From the NCBI RefSeq assembly GCF_006345805.1, contig NC_043003.1:32488001-32552000 (forward strand): DNA of 64,000 nt, given 5' to 3'. Position numbers and translations under genes: made by a program. The DNA comes from Octopus sinensis (taxonomy: Eukaryota). Shown here in pieces: positions 51,313 to 64,000 of the stretch. Under the pieces are notes generated by a model that was given only the letters and a program-made list of their open reading frames with translations, was not told the origin of the DNA and did not search any database. Position 1 is the stretch's first letter. Each line of letters opens with the position of its first letter.

Positions 51313-53090
51313 GAAAGTGTGTGAATGCCTTTAGGAGCGAGATGAAAGAAATTATATATTTGTAGAGTGTGGGTGGAGTCGAGGGGATGGTAGAGTCAGT
51401 TTCTCTGGTTTGATAATTTATAGGAAAAAAATCTTTATCAACTCAAACACTTTAAAAATAGGTGAAAATTTCTTAATAGAAAACTAACATCAACGCTAAT
51501 TTTAACCTCGCTTTGAGGTACGCTCTGTAACAAATCGAATCGACATTATCTGCAAACATCTTATATGATACTAAAATAGCACAACACCATCTTAGAAATC
51601 CTTACGTATCCTATCTAAGCCAAGAACATTAATTAATCAGCAGAGAACCGTCGAGCAACACAAATTCTGACATGAACCAACGTGCAAATTTACTTCATAT
51701 AATCTGCTTTGAAAACATGCCTAACAGAACCCACACAATTCGTTTATCAAACACGAAAATTGTCCCTTCCTCTCCAGTCTCACCCGCCTGCTCTTCCCTA
51801 TTTATCCTTCGTAAATGGACACTCCTGACTACAAATTCATTGATACCCCACCTAATCTTCATATATATTATCCCATCCACCGAAGGAACACCTTGCCATA
51901 AACACTACATGTGAAGCTCGGACACAAAACTAAACCACAGCCGAATTCGTTAGAAAGCCGAAACTTCGAAGTTACTGCCAAACTTTTCTTTGTAAAAATT
52001 AATTATGATTGTATGTGTATGTTTGTTTGTGTGTTTGTGTATGTAAGCATGCATATATGTACGTACGCACGTATGTATGTAGGTATGTATGTATGTTTGT
52101 ATGTATGTATGTATGTATAATGCCCGTTTATCTTTATACTAGTGTCCTTCATAATACGGCAGTCATGCGTCTAGTGTTTTAGCCGATCGTATTTGCACTA
52201 GTACTTATTTCAATCTGGTATATATCATTTTATCCAGGCGATAATAAACGGGCATAGCATAAAAGAGAAACATCAGTTTTTAGAAAGTATCAGTTTTCGA
52301 AATAAGCATCAGCTCAGATGCCTACATTCTTAGACATCTTTTCACTACTGTCTCTTGTCCTCCCCACTCTCTCTCTCTCCTTCTGAGCTCGAGTCTGCTA
52401 TAGGGGATATGTGCCCCATCTTCCGTGCTTTGGGATAAAGTCGGGAAAGACTTGGTTAAGAAGTAAACTTTCTAATTATACATTTGCTCCTTATGCGCCT
52501 ATTTGTGACAGCGCCTGTATTGCGTTTGCTGATGGAAAAAAGGTGTTGTATCAATATTTGATAGATACAGAAAGAGTACTAGACTGAAATATCTACTGGA
52601 GTTTAAATGACCAAATAAAATTTCTGGAATGCGATACCCCATCATTGCCACAGTCACATCACTCAACCTCAGGAAAAAATGGATAAACGCATAGTTAAGT
52701 AGGTTATGTCCCTCATCCCTTCAAGGTTGACAAAATAGAAATATTAATTATATACAAGGAGACGATTACGTCAAAATTTTGCCCTGTATTATCATCCATG
52801 TGGTTTTCAGGCTTGCTCAAATAAGAAACATTTTATTTGGTGGATTAAGACAAATGCCGCGAGTTAATCTTGCAGATAGTTTTAGCAGATAGAACTAAAT
52901 ATCTATTAGTGGAAGTAATACTTCTCTGTCAATTGTCCTAATTGATTATTCATTATAACTGTTTGGAAATAATTACCACATCGTTCCACCATTCATCTGC
53001 GAATTAATTCAATTAATTAATTTCTGAAACTTTCCGTTACGTACGCGTGCATACATATGCGCGCACATGGCTGTGTGGACGCGTATATAA

Positions 53091-53137
<47 letters not shown>

Positions 53138-54219
53138 CATATATATATATATATATACATATATGTGTGTGTATATATATTGTGTTTGTGTGTTTGTGTG
53201 TACGTGGTGGTGAGTGTATTGTGTGTGCATACTCATTAAAGGTATCGCCCGTCGCAGAATAGAAACTATTTCGATGTGGAGATATATGTATATGTGTATG
53301 TACATATACGTATGTGTGTGTGTGCATGCGTGCAAGCACACATATATATGTGTGTATGTATGCATGTATGTATATATGTATGCAGGCATGCATGCATGTA
53401 TGTGTGTATCCATGTGTGTGTGTGGGTTCATATATGTATGTACGTGTGTGTGTATGTATGCATTGGAAGGAGTGCATATCTTAATTAAAACGGTGTTATA
53501 GCTATCCATATCATTAATATAGAAATCCTGTATAAGATGCAAAACAAGAATAAGTTATAAAAAGCTACCATTACTAAAATGTATTTATCATGCTCTCTTC
53601 TACAAAATCTCTTTTAAAAATGGAAGGAGAATATCTCTTGTAAGGAAATATTCTCGACGTAGAAATTTTAGATTAAGAAGCAGCTAACAAAATCCCTGTC
53701 TATAGCTTAAATATATCAGGTAAATCTTGACAAGGATATAATTACCTTCAGAGACGTCTTAATATAGGGTATTAATTTGGCTCGGAGCGATGACTAATGT
53801 AAAAACTCTACCTTAATTTTATTTCATGGCAAGTATTTATCAATGATAGAATATTTATAAATAATAAATTATATCGTAAAGAACACAGTCGCATGAAAAC
53901 AATCCACCTTCTTGATTATAGTTATTACATGTATTTCACAAGATACAACCGCAAAATAGCTTATATTCTTGGAACTAGCGCATATCGCGAATAAATTGCT
54001 TTAGTAGCTATTGTTATACACATACAGTTGTTATGCACATACAACAACAGAATGAGATGGGAATTGTAACTGTTTTTGATGATAATTAAGGTGAACCAAA
54101 ATAGACTTTCTGAAAAAGTTGGACAATAACAATTCCTGAGAAATTCAAGATATATATAAATTCAATTCAAGATATATATATATATATATATTCATTTCAG
54201 GATATGTGTTTGTGTGTTT

Positions 54220-54313
<94 letters not shown>

Positions 54314-54399
54314 GTGTGGGTATTAGGGTTCAAATTGACATTTTGCATTATATCCCATTGAAAAATAAAACTACTTTTAAAAGAAAATGAAAATCTATC

Positions 54400-54960
54400 A
54401 AATAGACTTACTCAGAGTAGCTACCCTCAGTCTCCACAACTGCCTCAAGACTGCCGCGGAATCTAGCGCATGCGTTACTTACTACATCCTTTAGACTACC
54501 CGCTCAGCCTTGGAGCTGCAAGCAGAGTGGTTGGTGTCTTTCCCAACGTGCTCCACACATAATAATCCATGGAATTACAATCGGATTAATTAGGAGGCAA
54601 GGATCTGGGGCTGGTGAAATTGTAGAAATTCTGACAACCATTTCTAACTCTTTCCGGAAGTATGACTCGACCCGACTCATTCTGCTACGCATATGGCTTT
54701 CCAGCAGCAACTGTCTTCAGTCAAGATTTGATTACAGTCTCCAGCAGTTTCATATATCCAACTGAATTGAACCCAAGGCCCTGCTTAAAGATGGGTGACG
54801 AATCCTGGCGTGTGAATGCAGTCAGAGCGTGTACTGTGACCCGTCCTACTGACCACGGTGACGTAGACTCCGTTGCAGTTGTCAATGTCACGTCTTAAAG
54901 CTTTTGCCGTGTTCACATTGCATTGTCATGATGTCGGCCCTTTGATATCTGGCGTGAATC
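54400..54960 (-). mobile_element. Tc1/mariner-superfamily transposase relic (maT/DD37D-like)
   Basis: GYMKLLETVIK..VAAGKPY..Q...HTS.KS.KWLS.NFY.FTSP..PPN.SDCNSMDYYVW, with stops and frameshifts. Confidence 0.7.
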
Positions 54961-55167
54961 ATCATAATACTGGTAATTTTTTTCTTTTTGAATACTCAGA
55001 TTACTTCTATTCCTCCATGTCAGCTAACTATCCATCAACAACAATTTAATCCTTATGCTCTACAACGTCCAACGCCATTTACAATTTACCAATACTGAAA
55101 ACATTTAGTGTGCACACCCTATAAATAAATAAATAAATATATGGCGGGTATGTGTCTGTATTATGTG

Positions 55168-55540
55168 TATGTCGGTGTGGAACATGTCCTAATCTTTTGG
55201 AAGGTTCAGAATTCCATTTTAAACAGGGGCAAAAATTCAACTTCACATGCGCCTCTGCAAACCTCATTTATGTCATAAGATGCTCGGGCTCTCATTAAGA
55301 TTATATAGGTTCAACAGGAATGTCACTTAGACGTAGATTTACAGTTCACAGACAACAGGTCTCTTCCCCACAATATCGCCAGATACATCTCAGTGAACAC
55401 ATTGACAGTTGTGCAGAACAACTGCTACCACACTTCCTAATCTTCCCATTATATGTAGGTGCCATTTGGACCTCAACTTAAGTGCTACTAAATAAAGAGG
55501 CCTCATTTATCGAAAAAATATAAGCCAGAACTGAATATAA
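55168..55540 (+). mobile_element. Penelope-like GIY-YIG endonuclease relic
   Basis: CRCGTCPNLLEG...NLIYVIRCSG.H*DYIGSTGMSLRRRFTVHRQQV...KYKPELN. Confidence 0.8.
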
Positions 55541-55829
55541 CCTCATAGTGAAAATTAAAGATTTATTTCCCTTTTAGTGATAAATACTTTGTTACCAATT
55601 ACCCAGCCCCACTCCACTAAGAAACGAAACTTCTTATTTTGAATTGCATCTAACACCCAAAATTTGAAAAGGTCCAGCGGAATGGTTATTTTATTAGAGG
55701 AAAAATTTTTATTTTGTATAATATTGTATGATACTTTTGTCATGAAGATTTAAATATATCTTTTAGTCTCGTATAAGAAATCTTGTATGGTTTTTATCTT
55801 ATTTCTTTCCTTATATATTCAACCACATG

Positions 55830-56800
55830 TAATCACCAACCGTACTTTCTCATATGTATATATTCACATACATTCATCGGACACACTGCCACCCAGACAT
55901 ACACACAGACACACTCACACATCCACACACATACATACTTACGCGCATACTCGCAGGCGCGCGCACACACGCGCTTGCGCCGGTTCGCGCACGCATACGC
56001 GCCGCATGCACCTCGCTCTTGGACCCGACGAGACCTCCCGCCCGTTCCTGGGACCGTCGCGTGTCGTTGGGTTTTCCCACGCCCGTCTCCGCGGGACCAC
56101 TCTTCCATCTTCCCCTCAGCTGGAGTCCTTTTTCCTTAACCCCCCCCTTTTCGTTACACACACGCGCACACATATACACACATTGCTTAAATATATACAT
56201 TACTCTTACACACATTCAATCCACTCGCCATTAATACCACCACGACACTGGACACACACACACACTACTACTCAACACACGCTGGCACGCTACATACGCC
56301 CCCACCCCTTCCCCTCCCTCCCTTCCTCCTTCCTTCTTTTTCTTACTACTGACCTTGTCTGCTAAGCTGACCACTAGTCTCGCCCTACCTCAACGCCTAC
56401 ACACAGATGCACACACTAACACACACATATATATTTTTTTGTTTTTTCATCTCGCCTCACACACACACATACACACACGCACACGCACACACTCACACAT
56501 ACACACACATCTGTTGCGTTACCAACCTTGTCTCCACTCTTTTGCCTTTAAAAACCCACTTTGCTCTTGTTATCGTAAACATCCGCCTTTCACCATGTGC
56601 AACTCGTAAACACCAGTCGTCTTTTTTCTCTTTCCCTGTTGCCCGCTCTGGGATCTTTCTTTCCTCTCTCTTCCTTCTTTATGTTTCCGACGAAGAGCTC
56701 CGCTCGAAACGTCATACCTCCCTGCTTCCATTTCCTGAGCGCCTATTAATAATAATACTGTAATTGTTCCATTGTTGTTGTTTTTTTGTTTCCCGTTTGG
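55830..56800 (+). mobile_element. GC-richer non-coding repeat ending in a hammerhead motif and (TA)n; probable PLE pLTR
   Basis: Follows the GIY-YIG relic on the same strand; hammerhead at 56683. Confidence 0.45.
56683..56717 (+). ncRNA. Minimal type I hammerhead motif (U4C, extra A, weak stem I)
   Basis: GTTT-CCGACGA-A-GAGC tcc GCTC-GAA-ACGT-C-ATAC; GUC triplet; stem I 3/4. Confidence 0.55.
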
Positions 56801-56803
56801 ATT

Positions 56804-56852
<49 letters not shown>

Positions 56853-56919
56853 ATATATATATTAAGAATAATATGACAACAAAGAATGAATGAAACCTCG
56901 ATATTATGTAAGTGGAGGA

Positions 56920-56999
<80 letters not shown>

Positions 57000-57996
57000 G
57001 AAGAAATGAGGTACTCAGAAGATCGGATGGTTTATATTTACAGATCTTTATTTATATATTACATTTTATATATATATATCCTATCACTTAGATCATTAGC
57101 GCTTTCTCCCATTCTAGTGGGGTTTTCAAATCAAACTAAGTTCCTGTGTGAGGAATTTTGATCATTTTATAGAGTTTCGTAGTGGTGGGGAGGAATATAA
57201 GACAGTACAAGAGGATGATGGATGAGGAGAAAGTGAGAGAGAGAACATGTGTGTATGTGTGTGTGTGTGTGTGTATATGTGTGTGTTTTTGTATCATATA
57301 AAGAGAAAGAGGGGAAGGGAGAGGGAAGAAGAAGAAAATAATTTTTGGGGTCTGCTGGACAGAATATTGACTCCAAGGGGGTTCTAAGGCCTTAGGAAAA
57401 AAAAGAAGAATTTCAGCTTTGCCACTTCACAGTGTGACTGAGTGTGGCAGGCCATAAATTATATTTCCTTTTATCATTGTGAGAATGGTCAAATGCTTTT
57501 TTGGGTTTAAGAATTCTTTCCACTTTATGATCGTTTTGTGGAGGTGTGTGTGTGTGTCTATGTGTGTGTCCATGTGTGTTTCTGTGTGTCTGTGTGTGTG
57601 TGTGTGCGTGTGTGTGTGGGGGGGGGGTGTCTGTGTGTTTGGAGAAGGGAAGAGAGAAAAAAAGGAAAAAGAAAAAGAAAAATAAGGGAGGAAGGGGAAA
57701 ACATTGTGTTGATATTTATACCACTATATATATATATACATGCTTATACATGAAATATTAGAAAAAATCACCTTTTATCGATTCAAAATGAACAATCAAA
57801 TTACACCATCTTGAAAATTGCATATTATAGGAAGGTTAAAATTAAAATGACAATTGGAAAGTAAAGATTAAGTAAATTACAAAAATAATATAATGTATAT
57901 AACAGGTAATATATATATACACACACATATTAAATGTTCTACTATATTATATTGTAAATCGAAAGATTTGTCCTTAAATGTATGATGAGTAACATT

Positions 57997-58434
57997 TCAG
58001 CCATTTAATTTGGGGGAGAACTTAGCTATGAAATATTTTTCCATATTCCTCCTGAAAGAGTTGTCGTTCTTCGGACATTTGTAGAAGGGAAAGATCTTAA
58101 ATTTTCCTTCTCCACACGTAGCTAGGTGTGTACTTATTGGTATTTTGCGTAGTTCTTCCTGCCGAATATGTTGTCGGTAAATCCTGGCTCGCTGGCACAA
58201 AGAATTACCAGTTTCACCTACGTAATTATCCTTGCACGTGGGGCAGGTTATGCAGTATATAACGTTCTGCGTCTTGCAGTTCATATCTGCATTTACTTTG
58301 AATACGTAACCACTTTTAAATCTCATCTCTCTGCTTCCCTCTATGTATTTGTAGGTGGAGTTGCTGCAGATCACTGCATCCACCAGCTTATCGGATGTTG
58401 TTATACACCTCTGATCATAATTGGCCTTTGTCAC
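57997..58434 (-). mobile_element. Penelope-like GIY-YIG endonuclease fragment (open frame, 145 aa)
   Basis: NVIYCITCPTCKDNYVGETGNSLCQRARIYRQHI...MEKYFIAKFSPKLN. Confidence 0.85.
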
Positions 58435-58464
58435 TTCGTTGTAGCTTAAGAATGATCGTGAAGT

Positions 58465-58615
58465 CCAATGTAGACATTAACCTTGGACAGGGTTACACAT
58501 TTAGCACTGAATAGACTGGAGGGATGTGAACTGAGGTGTCCTGCTTAAGAACAAAACGCGCAGCCAGTCTAGGAAATGAAATCATACATCTTAACCATTA
58601 TGCCATACACCTTCA
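58465..58615 (-). mobile_element. tRNA-derived SINE, family C (degenerate)
   Basis: ggtgtatggcataatggttaag...gttcttaagcaggacac...ctccagtctattcag resembles 61050-61205. Confidence 0.55.
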
Positions 58616-60359
58616 TAAATGTGTGTACGCGTGTACATGACTTTTACCACACTTCGCAAATATCTCCTTCGAGTAAAAGCACCAATAGAAGAGAATATGA
58701 CCAAAAACTGCGTGTACACCATCCCATGCAGCTGTTGTAGGTTATACAAAGGCGAAATATGAAAGTAATATACCGCTCGTCGCGAAAATATTACTACCCG
58801 ACAAGCACTCTGGACGCATTTATTCCAGACCAACTAATGGAATATTCTTTCGGACAGTTAAATATATACCGTTACCTATTTTATTATTTTATATAATCAA
58901 TGCCTATCATAACAGCTAAATTTTTATTCAACATTTCTATTCAGATACTCACCTCGTCTTTCTGTATGTACTGACTCTTTAAACATTTATAATTTTCTAT
59001 ATACTTAAATATTTGTAATTATGTTAGTAATATATTCATGTATATGTGCCTCTTTATTTGACCGTACAAAATTAAATATATTAACGTTTATGTTTGCAGT
59101 ATTAGCTTTACGTTTCATAACTTACTATTCTTTCTTTCTTACTTCCTTCCTTTCTTCCGTTTTCTGTTCATTTTTCTTCCCTGGGTATTCTATAATAATA
59201 TGCTCTAACGTATGATTTTATAAGAGTTGCTATTTTAGTGTATTTGCGCTCTGATATAAATATAGCTATGATAATATATATGTCAATATATATCATTACA
59301 GCATTACCGAAGAAGTGATTCCACTAGACTACGTAACAAATATACATGCCAATAGCGGTGCTATTCGAGGTAACTTATTTTTCCCTCATCAGTGTTTCCC
59401 TTTTAAAGCCAACACAATTTTAACAAATACCTCCTATAAGAGCCACATTCCGTTCACAAGTACAAATTGACAAACATATTAAAACAATATTAAACTCTCA
59501 ATCGTACAGACATGTTTATTTCCTTTCCAATTCTCAGCAATTTTCTTCCATTGTAAGCCCTGACATGTACAGATACACAGAGACCAAAATATGGTTTTTA
59601 AGATTCTTAATTCAGATTTCTCTGTTTAGATTTACACTTTTTTATTCACGGCCTGTATGTCACCTCTATTTAAAACTCTTCATATTGGGGTCCTGCGTAG
59701 CTGCAAACCAAAAACATGGAGTTAGTAAATAAAGAAAAGTCATCCCTCGGATACAAGAAATATGGAATACTTTTAGGTATTTGCTTATTGTTTACCGTAT
59801 CTTTTCTAAGACAGTGAAACAAAACATTCTATCCTGCACAACAATCCAACTAGGATGTTGTTTAACATGTATTAAATAACATTAAGCTTTACAAAATATG
59901 AAAGTAAGCATGGCTGTTTGTCTATGAGCAAATTAAGAAAACAATTAAAATTCCTAAATTAATATAATCGCCAAATGAAATTTGTTGGCGAAAAGGTTAA
60001 TTAAAACCAAGATCAACGAAAAAGGAGAAAAAGAAAAAGACGCAATAAATATCATGGAAATTCCTTCATCGACAAGTATCGTCTGTAGTGAATTGAAGCC
60101 CAGTATTACAGTGAAGTTAGACTGCGATGGTAGGAAACTCATCACAACGTATGAAGCAAATCAGCCAGAGGCAGATGTCCACAAGCTATATATATAAAAT
60201 GAAATTGGTTGGCAGAGGTCAAGTACAAACAGAAGCCAATTATAAAACTGTCACTATTAGAATGAATGCACACCTCAAGCAATGTAAAAACGAACTGATG
60301 CCAATGAGATGAATGAAAGACACTGAAAAGCATTTAACTCCAGTGTCAAATACACCGAC

Positions 60360-60423
<64 letters not shown>

Positions 60424-60491
60424 TGATGATGATGATGATGATAATTATGGTTATTATCATCATCATCATCATTATCACCATCATAATCGTC

Positions 60492-60559
<68 letters not shown>

Positions 60560-60575
60560 TATTATTATTATTATT
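60360..60575. repeat. Compound (TAA)n-(TGA)n-(CAT)n-(ATT)n tract
   Basis: Read directly; explains the poly-M and poly-I ORFs. Confidence 0.95.
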
Positions 60576-61049
60576 TATTTGTCACAAGGGCTCGATGATT
60601 TAGTGACAAATACAAAGAAACGACGAACAGCATCCTTTAAAAGACACGTGGGGTGGTACGAACCAGTTATAATATGACGAGAGAAGGGTGATGTTATACA
60701 ATATGTAAATGGGCGAATTAATAATTTATAAAAGCACAAATATTTGCACAGGATAATTATAACAAGCTATCTACATACAAATTAAACGTTCATTTGTCCT
60801 TTTGCACTTATCAGGGCACCTCCCGTTCTGAACAAAGCATCTACTCTAATTCCTTCAATTATTGTTCATAGATGCAGATCTCAAAATCGTCCCTTGAGGA
60901 GGTTTTTTTGTTGTAGTGAAAAAATGTAATGAACAAATGTGGACAAATGTAGTGAACAAATGTGAACAAATGTAGTGAACTAATATTAATTGAAACAGCA
61001 TGTTAGGACCTATTTCCTATAAGCAAAGCCTCAAGCAAGGTTCAGAGTT

Positions 61050-61205
61050 TAATGTGTTGGCACTCACAATCACGAGGTAGTGATTTCGGACCGCGGACCG
61101 GGCTGTGTGTTGTTTTCTTGAACGAGACACTTTATTATTTCACGTTGCTACAATTCACAGAGATGTAGAAATGATTTGCGACATCATTGGTGTCAAGCTG
61201 TAGCT
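61050..61205 (+). mobile_element. tRNA-derived SINE, family C
   Basis: cacaatcacgaggtagtgatttc...ggaccgggctgtgtgttgttttcttgaacgagacac; partial reverse copy at 63172-63232. Confidence 0.65.
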
Positions 61206-61239
61206 GGGCTAAAAAGTCACATTCGATCACAGAGCCAGT

Positions 61240-61292
61240 AACAGTTAAGCTTCGTGCAATGGCCATACTCGATACCGAGGGAGCAGCCATAA
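61240..61292 (+). mobile_element. RTE-type 3' tail
   Basis: ttaagcttcgtgcaatggccatactcgata.cgaggg.gcagcca matches 21424-21468. Confidence 0.6.
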
Positions 61293-61341
61293 TGTATGTT
61301 TATATATATATATATATATATAAGGAAATAATTTTATTCTC

Positions 61342-61533
61342 AAACGCAGCATAATGCTAATAATATAGCATGAACAGGATAAACTACCTATATTTTGCAG
61401 AAAAAGCACTGGCCGCGTAACCACAGGGGTGTGAGTTCGAATCTCATGGCTGGCCGCCGACACATTTTTTTTTTCTGAAAAATATGGGTAATTTATCCTG
61501 TTCATGGTATATTATTAGCTTTATCCTGCGTTT
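61342..61533. mobile_element. MITE-like element with 64-bp TIRs enclosing a tRNA-like core
   Basis: 61342-61405 vs 61470-61533 match at 58/64; the core contains gtgagttcgaatctcat. Confidence 0.7.
61405..61454 (+). pseudogene. tRNA-Thr-like 3' two-thirds (no 5' acceptor strand or D arm)
   Basis: agcactgg-ccgcgtaa-ccacaggggtgtgagttcgaatctcatggctggc resembles AGCACTGG-TCTTGTAA-ACCAGGGGTCGTGAGTTCGA of metazoan tRNA-Thr (recalled). Confidence 0.45.
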
Positions 61534-61616
61534 AATCTTTTAATACATCTCAACACTTCTAAAGCAAACTTTGTTTCTTTACTTTCATCGTAATTTGAAT
61601 TATATATATTTATCCA

Positions 61617-62120
61617 CACACACACACAAACTCATAATATCTTCAGTCATTCAACTGTAAGCTTGTTGTGGCTGCTCTTTGAACATTTTAGCTGATCAAA
61701 TCGCCACAATTAGATAATATTAAGTTTATACTTATTATAACGGTTTCTTCCGAGCGAAATGTTAATTAATTAATGACGTAAACAAAACAACACCAGTTAT
61801 ATGGCGAGGATCCACATCAAAAACAAACACCAATACGCACGGGGACACACACACACATACACAACACACACACACACACAAACTCATAATATCTTCAGTC
61901 ATTCAACTGTAAGCTTGTTGTGGCTGCTCTTTGAACATTTTAGCTGATCAAATCGCCACAATTAGATAATATTAAGTTTATACTTATTATAACGGTTTCT
62001 TCCGAGCGAAATGTTAATTAATTAATGACGTAAACAAAACAACACCAGTTATATGGCGAGGATCCACATCAAAAACAAACACCAATACGCACGGGGACAC
62101 ACACACATACACAACACACA
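61617..62120. repeat. Perfect tandem duplication, 252-bp unit, bounded by (CA)n
   Basis: ctcataatatcttcag... at 61631 and 61883. Confidence 0.9.
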
Positions 62121-62163
62121 CACACACACACACATACATACATATATATATATATATATATGT

Positions 62164-62225
<62 letters not shown>

Positions 62226-62311
62226 AAAGTTTACGAAAAAACAAAAGACAAAGACAGGTGGTGTACAAAACAAACAGATGTATTAGTATAACGCTCCAGA
62301 ATAGAAAAAGT

Positions 62312-62347
62312 CTTTTACGTTTCGAGCCTACGCTCTACTACAGAAAG
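62312..62347 (-). ncRNA. Degenerate copy of the 36527 hammerhead motif
   Basis: CTTT-CTGTAGTA-GAGC gtag GCTC-GAA-ACGT-A-AAAG; core mutated. Confidence 0.4.
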
Positions 62348-62879
62348 GTACACAGAAAAAACAAGGAGAGAAACAAGGAGAGAAAAAATGTGTGTAGTGG
62401 CTAACGATCTATCATGGCGACTAGTGCCGGACAGAGGGGTCAGACAGGAGAAGGAAAGTAGGGGAGATAACAAGGTAAAGATCACCCCCAACACAAAGGT
62501 GTGTGTGTGTATAAGAGAGTATTACGTGCCTGTGAAAGAGGGCTGGTGGTCTGGACGTGTCTGTGTATGTAGGTGTAGGTGTGAAGATGTGGGGATGGGT
62601 GTATGGGTGGTATGTGATTTTTTAAAATTATTAGTGACAGAAACAATATTAGTACAAAATGATATCCTCCATATCTAAACTGAACACTGCGTGATCCTCT
62701 CATATAGGAACTCGACGCATCAAAGGCCATACATAGATCGTTGCAGATAAGAATTGTCTGTCATTGGTGTGAAAGCGCCTACATCAGTGTCCGGTCACCT
62801 CATGCCAGTCGAATCTTGATGTCACAGGTACAATACCACCATCTTTTCAGACACGGATGTTGCAAATAGCCACCAGGCA

Positions 62880-62928
62880 AGCCTTGTGAGTGGATTTGGT
62901 AGACGGAAACTAAAAGAAGCCCGGAGTA

Positions 62929-62961
<33 letters not shown>

Positions 62962-63125
62962 GTGTGTTAGTGTGTCTGTGTTTGTCCCCCCATCATCGCT
63001 TGACAACCGATGGAGGAGGGGGTGTTTACTTCCCCGTAACATTAGCGGTTCGGCAAAAGAGACCGATAGAATAAGTACTAGGCTTACAAAGAATAAGACC
63101 TGGGGTCTATTTGCTCGACTAAAGG

Positions 63126-63127
<2 letters not shown>
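62880..63127 (+). mobile_element. SINE family B, internal fragment
   Basis: gccttgtgagtggatttggtagacggaaac...gcggttcggcaaaagagaccgatagaataagtac. Confidence 0.85.
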
Positions 63128-63175
<48 letters not shown>

Positions 63176-63304
63176 TCTTGCTCAAGAACACAACACGCAG
63201 CCCAGTCCGGGAATCGAACTCACAACCTCACGATCTACTTAATCCGTTTGTCTTTCCTTGTTTGTCCCCTCTGTGTGTAGCCCCTTGTATATATATATAT
63301 GTAT

Positions 63305-63800
63305 ATGACTCTCGTTGCACACACGTGACTAACGACTATCCATATTTCTTTCTTCCACTTCTTTCCTAAAAACAAGACGTGCTTTTTCTTGTTGCTTCTC
63401 AAAGCTCGTTTTCCCAGCGTTCCCCACTTCACATCGCCTTGGCTTAAGAGCACTCACCGTTTGTTTTTACTGTTTTCTTCTTACTTTCCTGCTTTTGTTA
63501 CCACTTTAACCCTCCGCAGAAAATACTAAATTTTATTTACTTTGCTTTTCGGGAAAGACTGTTTTAATGAAGTCGCGTCTTGTCCCTACCTTCGATACGC
63601 GGAGTAGATAAAACAGGGGACAACTGATGAAGGGAATATTCTTTATGTTGCCTGTCTCGTTTCTCTATTTGTTTTTTTTTCATTGTTCGAAAAAGAGATA
63701 GTTTTCTATGTTTTTGTTTTTATGTTTCGTTTCTCATTTTGTCATTTTTTGATGTCCTGTACCCATATATGCATGTATATATACATATATATGTCGGTAT
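63305..63800. mobile_element. Dispersed repeat family X
   Basis: Aligns with 3085-3610. Confidence 0.65.
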
Positions 63801-63864
63801 GTACATACATGTATGTATGCATATATTCATATATTATTCATATACAAATATATATGTGTGTGTG

Positions 63865-63919
<55 letters not shown>

Positions 63920-64000
63920 GTGTGTGCGTGCGTGTGTGTATACTAGCAGAAACACTCATCATTGACCTGGTTAAAAGAAGCTGCCAAAATCGTGCTATGA

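Noticed and set aside
59300-59400. Hammerhead-like cores on both strands (CCGAAGA; CTGATGA...GAATAGC)
   Set aside because: GAAA is missing or shortened and there is no stem I.
59954-60312. Short ORFs as candidate host exons (also 5797-6121, 7329-7553, 10254-10490)
   Set aside because: No recognisable domain, in-frame stops nearby, and no consistent splice signals.
63615-63710. CTGATGA in repeat family X (CTGAAGA at about 3407)
   Set aside because: Stems I and III and the cleavage triplet cannot be formed convincingly; at most a decayed motif.

Overview
AT-rich, microsatellite-saturated animal DNA. The SINE families and the overall repeat make-up look like an octopus (cephalopod) genome; this is an inference from recognised repeat motifs, not from a search. 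I found no host protein-coding exon, rRNA, intact tRNA or CRISPR array, and most listed ORFs are microsatellite or antisense read-throughs. The window is largely made of mobile-element remains: a 5'-truncated CR1 LINE (13.0-16.1 kb), RTE relics, an R4/Dong-type LINE abutting a (TAA)n tract, five Penelope-like GIY-YIG fragments, two mariners, a Tc1/maT relic, a hAT-like relic, MITEs and many tRNA-derived SINEs. Three observations stand out. (1) A head-to-tail pair at 40.5-47.6 kb: a decayed full-length L1/Tx1-type LINE and an element with only an intact 493-aa ORF1. The two share a 63-bp 3' segment, sit at a recurring CATTCCAG(GCTGTTATA) site, and share their tail with a local SINE family. (2) Five type I hammerhead ribozyme motifs, one with a fully canonical core inside a 544-bp unit bounded by 63-bp direct repeats (retrozyme/pLTR-like). 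(3) A MITE-like hairpin whose loop is a tRNA-Thr-like fragment.
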